Below, in pieces: positions 56,301 to 64,000 of a stretch of DNA of 64,000 bases; position 1 is the stretch's first letter, and every line of letters starts with the position of its first letter. The stretch comes from the human T2T-CHM13v2.0 reference genome, Homo sapiens, in NCBI RefSeq assembly GCF_009914755.1, contig NC_060929.1. One strand, 5' to 3'. A program made the position numbers and the translations under genes. The notes below the pieces were generated by a model. That model made no database searches and was not told the DNA's origin. It worked only from the letters and a program-made list of their open reading frames with translations.

Positions 56301-58862
56301 TTTATGGCCCAACATGAGGTAAATTTTAGGGTGCATGCCATATGAAGATGAAAAGAATGCATATTCTGTTGTTGGCTGGAGTGTTCTGTTGATGTCTGCT
56401 ATGTCCATTTGATCAAGTGTTGACTTAAGGTCTCAAATATTTTTGTTAGTTTTCTGCCTTGATGATCTGTCTAATACTGTCAGTGGGGTATTGAAATCTC
56501 CACACTAGTATTGTGTGGTTATATAACTCTCTTTGTAGGTCTCCAAGAACTTGTTTTATGAATCTGGGTGCTCCAGTTTTTGATGCATATATATTTAGGA
56601 TAGTTAAGTCTTCTCATTGAGTTGAACCCTTTATCATTATATAATACTCTTCTTTGTCGTTTCTGATTTTTCTCAGCTTAAAGTCTGTTTTGTGTGAAAA
56701 AAAGATAGCAATCCCTGCTTTTTTTATTATCCATTTGCTTGGTAGATACTTCTCTATCTCTTTATTTTTGGAGTATGGGTGTCATTGCATGGGAAATGGG
56801 TCTCTTGAAGACGGAATACAGTTGAGTTTTGCTTCTTTATCCAATTTGCCAGTCTATGCATTTTAAGTGGGGCATTTAGCACATTGATGTTCAAGGTTAA
56901 TAGCAATATGCATATATTTGATCCTGTCATTGTGTTGTTAGCTGATGGTTATATATATTTGATTGTGTAGTTGCTTTATACTGTCAATAGTCTATATACT
57001 TGTTTGTTTTTATGATGGCTGGTAATGTTTTTCTTTGTTTGCTTGTTTGTTTCCATGTTTAACACTCCATTAAGACCCTCTTAAAAGACAGATATGGTGA
57101 TAACAAATTATTTTAGCATTTGTTTGTCTGAATGGATTTTATTTCTCATTTGCTTATGAAGCTTAGTTTGCCTAGATATAAAATTCCTGGTTGGAATTTC
57201 TTTTCTTTAAGGATATTGAAATAGGCCTCCAATCTTATATTTTGGAAAGTTTTTGTTAAAAGGTCGACTGTTGGCCTGATAGGATTCCTTTCACAGGTGA
57301 CTTGCCCCTTCTGTACAGCTGTCTTTAACATGTTTTCTTTCACATTGATCTTGGATAACCTGAAAACTATGTGTCTTGAGAATTATCCTCTTTATAGTAT
57401 GTCACAGGTCATTCCCTGAATGTTTTCAATTTGCTTTTTGACCTCTCTAGCAAGGTTGGGGAAATTTTTGTGTGCAATAACCTCTAATATGTTTTCCAAG
57501 GTGCTTTCTCTCTCTCTCTTTTTCTGGGATGCCAATAATTCATAGGTTTTGTCGCTTTACATAATTCCATATTCCTCAGATGGTTTGTTCATTCCATTTT
57601 AGTCTTTTTTATTTATTTTTCTCTGACTGCATTGCTTTAAAAACTGGTCTTTGAGCTCTGAGATTCTTTCCTCAGCTTGTTCTATTCTGCTATTAATACT
57701 TCCTATTGTATTATAAAATTCTTGTTGTGAGTTTCTCTGCTCTAGAAGATCAGTTTGGTTCTTCCTTAATATGGCTACTTTGTTTTTCAGCTTTTGAATT
57801 ATTTTATTGAATTCCTTAGATTCCTTGGATTGGGTTTCAACTTTCTCCTGAATCTAAGTAATCTTCATTGCCCTTCAGATTCTGAATTTTATTTCTGTCA
57901 TTTTAGCCATTTCAATTTGGTTAAGAAACATTGCTGGGGAACTACTGCAACCATCTGGAAGCAAGGAGAAACTCTGTCTTTGTTTCCAGAGTTCTCACAT
58001 TGTTTTTTTTCTTATGCATGTGCGTTGATGATCCTTTAATCTTTGACATTACTGTCCTTTGGATGGGAATTTTTGCTTTTATATCCTTTGATATCCTTGA
58101 AGGTTTGACTATGGTAAAAATTGGGTTCAATTGAATGGCTTTACGTCCGGATTATTTCAAGTGACAAAGGCCCAGCTCAGCATACCTGGACTCCTTGGTC
58201 TAACACTCGGGAAGTGGGACCAGGCTCACAGCTTTGCTCTCTGGCCCCCTGATGTTAAGCCCTGCTGCACTGGATGGGGTGAGGTGTTCTCAGTCTGTTG
58301 GCTACAACATTTCAATGAGGGTTGCTGGCAAAAGTGTTTCATTGGGGAAGTGTGGCAGAAGAGTCTGCATGCATGCATGAGTGCTGGTGGTAGCAGGGCA
58401 GTGAGATTTTGTGTGTATGCATGCTGGCAAAGTGGCAATGGGAAAGTGTGGCAGATAAGTACTCACTGGAGCCCATTTGCGGAAGCTCTTCAATGGTCAG
58501 GTGGGGTCTGCAGGCAAGGAGGCTATGATGGCGGCCACTAGGAAGAGACTTGTTTGGGCATCTGAGGGTGTGTTGCAAGCAGTGTTGCCAGACAGAGACC
58601 CTTGGAGAGGAGTGAGGCCATTCTATGCCTCTTTAACTTACTATTTTCCCAGGAGCTGCTTGGAGCAAGGAATTATTCTTGGTGCTCAGCAACCCTGTGC
58701 TGGGTCCTCAGCTTTCCCCCAATTCAACTCAGGGTCTGCATTCTTCTTTTGTCCACTCTCAATGCCTTTATTCCAAATAGCCACATTGAGTTTGCTGGTC
58801 TTTGTAATGGTCTTGTCTCTCAGTCTTCCTGGCTACATATAGTCAGCAATGTTGGCTCTTCC
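53335..58862 (-). mobile_element. 5'-intact L1 (L1PA15/16- or L1PB-like) with internal deletions
   Basis: 3' UTR at 53335, ORF2 at about 54802-56830, ORF1-like MKENMLK...KGQVT...NPIRPTVDL...ILKEKKFQPGILYLGKLSF, and 5' UTR ending tagtcagcaatgttggctcttcc. Candidate TSD aaatttatct / aaattcatct. Confidence 0.9.
53863..54801 (-). mobile_element. Half THE1 element (3' LTR 53863-54235 plus 3' internal region)
   Basis: THE1B/C-type LTR followed by THE1-int homologous to the reverse complement of the 22950-23490 MaLR internal region. Ends abruptly at actaggcagtg. Confidence 0.9.
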
Positions 58863-59259
58863 AAATTCATCTTGTAATTTACATTGTAAATGTGAGCATT
58901 TCCTCTATATATTTATTTCAAAGATAAATTAATATTTTTGTACTTTTTTTCTTTTCTATGATTTTGTGGAGTTTCGTCTAGGTTTTATGCACATATAGGT
59001 TCTCAGGGTGAGATCTCTTCATTGCATTTCTTCCAGAAAATGTAATGTATATGAAAGTACCTTTCAGTATGCAACTGTCTATAAATCCTGGAGTTTCTCT
59101 CTGCTACCAAATCCTGGAATCAATCCATTGTACACACATTTAAAATAAAACAAAATTCATAGTTTGTGAAAAATTATTTGACTTTCTAGAGACTGTTATA
59201 ACTTCAAATCCTGGATTTTTATTTTCTCCAAAATGTTAGAGGGAGAAAACCTCATTCTC

Positions 59260-60200
59260 ATAAAGTATGTGAGAAATGATGATGGCTTGAATAAAGTGAT
59301 AAATATATTGGAAGTTATGTGGCATTCCTGTTTCTGGATAGGTTTTGTAAATAAATTTGACAGATTTTGTTGACTTCTATTGATATCTGAAAAAGACTAA
59401 TAATCTTAAGCACTATTGATTGAGCAATGAGAAGGTTTAGTTACTATTTACAAAAAAATTATTGGACAAGCAGATACAGAAAAAAAATAACAAGTAGATG
59501 GTTGTTGGGAGAATCTCATTATAGTCTATTCTCTAAATAGTAACCAGAACTATCTTACTATCCTTTTGAAATGGCATTCAACAGTATTGCTCTTCTGCTT
59601 AAAACCTCATGATTCATCATATAACAAAGAGTAAAATTAAGGACTATTTTAATAATGTATCAGGTACTACATGATCTTGTTCCATGTTATTTCTTGCCTC
59701 GTTTGCTGTTTCTCTCCCTGTAGATCAGTATGCCTCTGCATCTGCTTCAATTACATGTTTTACCTTTGCTTTTGCACTGCCCTTCTGTTTGGAATGCTCT
59801 TCCCCAGATTGTTATATTACTAATTCCCTCACTCATTTCATGTATTTTCTAACTATGTTCTTATTGGTGAGGGCTTCCTGGACCATCTTTACAACAATTC
59901 AATCCCCCATTTCCTAAACTTTTCCTTCCTTCCACTTTTTTTTTCCATTGCATATTTGCTATCAAACATCTCCCACTACTCAGGAAGTATGTTTTATAAA
60001 CACAAAGATTTTGTTTAATTAATTATATATCCCAGCTTCTAGAACCATACTAAAGTGAACAGAAGCTCACAATTTTGTTGAAAATCTGAAAAAGATACGA
60101 GAAATATCAAGCATATAGTTGCACATATGAGTCTGGAGATAGAGTGAAAACTCTAGGTTTCAGATTGGGAGTCATGAGCATATAGAGCTCTGAAACTAAT
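59260..60200. mobile_element. L2 fragments in both orientations
   Basis: Plus-strand L2 3' part at about 59510-60080 (ctctt-ctgcttaaaacc; tggaatgctcttccccag) flanked by opposite-strand L2-like pieces. Confidence 0.55.
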
Positions 60201-61222
60201 AGTTTTTTTTTTTTTTCCCTTTGACTATGCTTCTACCCAGGAAGTGAACAAAGGTGTCTGGGAAGTTTATTAATTATGCCATACTAAGAAATGTTTTTGC
60301 AAAGAAGTTTGTCGTATTTTCTTACCACAGCAGGAACATTTCCGTGTTTGATGTCTTATGAAGGTTGCTTCTGCTTACGCAAACTTAAAACTTAAAATGT
60401 GTGTTTGCAGTGTCTTAGTGACACAGGAAAATTAAAGCTGATTTTGTAACCTATTACTTAATTAGATTATCATGTGAATTCATCTAAGAAAATCTGGGAA
60501 AATTTAATGACACAAGGGAGCAGAAGCAGGCATAGTCAGTTGTAAGTGTTCTAACACCATCCTCCACCGGGGCCAGTATTTTAAGCATAGTCATAGAAGA
60601 TTAAGTTTGAGAGTCTGTAAGACCTCTAGCCACATTCTTCTGCTTTATTTTGCTAGAATTTTGCTTTTGGGGGTATAAAATATTTGTAAGCCATCTAAGC
60701 TTTTGTTTCCAGTAACATGTCTACATTGTTTTTACCAAGAATGAATAAACCAAAAAGCATATATTTTTTAGCACTGGATTTAGTGATATAACGTAGTTAC
60801 AACTTGATTTAGTACTATTCTTTTCTGCATACATGATCATATATTTTAGTTTGTGAGGTTACTGGCCTAAAACTTTTGAAATCACTCAAGGTGGAGATTT
60901 TATCTCTGTAGCACAGAATGTTATTTAATTACAGTGTAATCTGATAGGGATGAAAAGATTAAAATAAAATGAGAAAAGACAAAATAAAATATAGTTAAAC
61001 CTGATTTTTTCTTCATTGAGAGTATTTTATAAATGATTACTTTTATAAATCTGCATAATAAACAACATTTATATTGCATATGTCTTCCATACATAAATTC
61101 AAAACCTTGGATTCATCCAAAGCCATGTGGCATATTTGAGAAGTAGCTTGAGCTTTTAAGCATTTTTTTTTTAATTAAAAGAGGTTTGGAAAATGTAACT
61201 TGCAATTATATAAAAAATTGTT

Positions 61223-61571
<349 letters not shown>

Positions 61572-62145
61572 TCACATGAATTTATCTGTGAGTTCAGTTG
61601 ACAATTCAATGAAAACTGTCCTCTTTAGGAAAAAAAAGTATTTTTTAGTTTGTTTTTATGCTTAGTTCTACTTAAACTGTTTTTTAAATTACCTGCACTA
61701 TATCATTTTTCTCTTTAACTCTTCAACTATTTTCCAGAAAGTTACTTATTAAAAAAATCTATTAGTCTCTTTAAAATCCTTTAAACCTGAAGACAATTAA
61801 GAAATTGTTGACATTGATCCCTCACTTCCTGAATGTAGCTCATTCAAATTGGGTTAATCAGACAAGCCTTGCCCAGAAACTTCCTTAAGCATGTTGAGTC
61901 AATAAAGCACTGAGGTTAATAACCAGATCTAAGTATGGCATATCTATGGATGGCTACTGCTATTACCTCTGTATTCCCATGCAGTTTTTAAAGCTAGATA
62001 AATTAAAGCTTTAAGAGCAATATATTTGTGTTACACAAGTGCATTTTTCTTAATTATATATATATATAATTTTAACGAAAGGAAGGAACTGAAATTAGTA
62101 TAAATGAAGTAATAGAATTATATTACTAGGAAAGAAAAGGAAATA

Positions 62146-62449
62146 CAATAGGCTCTCTGTATCTGCAGATGCAACCAACTGGAGATAAAAAAATTTGGGA
62201 AAAAACAAGAGAAAGAAAAATACAGTAATAGAAAACAATACAAATTTTAAAGTAATACAGTGTAACTATTTACATATTATTTACATTTACATAGGTACTA
62301 TAAACAATATAGAGATGGTTTACAGCATGCAGGGGGATTGCATAGTTAACATGCAAATACTATGCCATTTATATAAGACTTGAGCATCTGTGAATTTTGG
62401 TGTCCACAAGGGTTCTGATCCAAACCCCAGTGGACACCAGATGATTCTA
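62146..62449 (-). mobile_element. MER2 (Tigger-derived) DNA transposon
   Basis: atgcaaatactatgccatttatataagacttgagcatctgtgaattttgg matches MER2 in reverse. Confidence 0.8.
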
Positions 62450-63594
62450 TGTGCTTTCTGGGGTGACAGTACAGTAGAACCTAGAGCTGAATAAAAAAAA
62501 TTATTTTAAATTGTCATTAAGTGCCAACAATTTTCCTTAAGTGGAACTGAAAAGTAGACTAAAATTGTGTTTTACTCTACTGAGCTACACTTATTGTCAT
62601 TAAGTTAAACAATGTTAAAGCAAATCTTGGTGTAAACTTTCAACCTTATCTTTTCAAACATTCCTCTTTTATTTCTCCAATAAATATAATGTTATTTAAT
62701 TTAGAGAGGTTTCCAGTAATATCTTCTTTTTGCAATTTACCACTGAGAAAGTGTTCGATACTGTCAATTATTATTTCTCCTTTACTTCAAACTACTTAAA
62801 TATAAATGCTTTATATTATGTTGTTCAGTCTGTCACTATGCTAAATTGTTTCTTGTGCAAGAAAAGACTCTTAGGCTTATGCCAATGCCCTTGATCTTTT
62901 TGAGTAATTTTGCTATTGTATGTTACTTTCATTAAGAAAAGAACATTTGACAGTTAAATCATTTCTCACTATCAAATGTACAGTTGCAATTAAGAAGTTT
63001 TATAGACTATTAAAGGTGGAGGTTTGGTGTGAACACAGACTCATCTGAAATAAACACTTAGATATATAGTTGGGTCTATAATTATCAATGTATATGTAAG
63101 CTAGACATGGAAGCACAAACTCAAAGAGAAAAAAAGGAAATGAATAAACAACATTATAAAGATCAAAATATTTTTGCATATTTTGAAAAATACTAAATTT
63201 ATTTTTTTAGTTTGTATTGAAATAGTATAGAAGGTTATACTTTATCAGAAAAAATATTTGATTAAAAATTGTAGTACTCATTCCTTGGTCTGTAATTAAA
63301 TTGTGAAACATGCTGGCATAATTTAAAATAAAGGTCTTAGTACTCAGCAGCAGCAGACAATCATTAATTGCAAAGCCTTTGCATTCTGCCCTGTCAATCA
63401 GCAGAAGTCACAAATCAATCAGCTAGTTGGCATAGGAATCAAAGTCAGAGAGGAAAATAATTTCTGCTTAGCTATAATAAAGTACATTGCCTTTTTTTAG
63501 TGGAAAACAATTGAATGGTTTTTTATCATGAATAAAATTTAATTTTGAATATGCGTGCCTACTACCAGTTTAGTGATCTACCATTTCAGTAGTT

Positions 63595-64000
63595 TTTCTT
63601 TCTAATTAAAAAAAATTGTTTAACAGCTCTACTAAAGTATAATTGATGCGTGAAGAGTCATATATATTTAATGTGCACAATATCATGATTTCAGACATTG
63701 GCAAAAACTTGTGACATCATCAGCACAATCAAAGTAATAGACATCTAACAGCTTCCAGAGTTTCCTATGTCCCTTTGCCTTGTTGGTGGTGGTGGCCTCG
63801 ATGTTATCGTTTTGTGGGGTGTAGAGGTAGTAAGAACACTTAACATGGAATCTATTCTGCTAACATAGTGTGACCTGCTCAATACTGTATTGTTAACTAT
63901 AGGTACTATGCTGTAGACCAGATCTCTGGAAGCTACTCATCTTGCATAACTGAAACTTTATGCCAATTGAACAACTCCCTATTTCCTCCACCCCGACAGC
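63595..64000 (-). mobile_element. L1MA-type 3' end (runs off the window)
   Basis: gtaagaacacttaacatg...aatactgtattgttaactataggtactatgctgta...cttgcataactgaaacttta. Confidence 0.8.

Overview
This is AT-rich, repeat-dense primate (very probably human or ape) genomic DNA: AluY/S/J, L1PA/PB/M, THE1/MST and an HML-5 LTR are all present. I found no credible protein-coding gene, RNA gene or CRISPR array. Almost every ORF in the track is a short by-product of repeats. The window is dominated by (i) a minus-strand, non-autonomous MER4-group ERV1 provirus (2045-10814) with two LTRs, PBS, PPT and integrase-C/env remnants, carrying nested insertions; (ii) a nested LTR cluster plus a full THE1D/MSTA MaLR (19.7-23.9 kb); (iii) a plus-strand ERVL-type (LTR47-like) provirus (44368-50379) with a perfect 5-bp TSD; (iv) a 5'-intact minus-strand L1 (53.3-58.9 kb) fused by a deletion to a half THE1. 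The best findings are an L1 3' transduction bounded by a 16-bp TSD (7748-8556), and two chimeric proviruses of different ERV classes that share a homologous MER4-group non-coding segment. Subfamily names are recalled from consensus sequences, not from a search, and unanchored boundaries are approximate.
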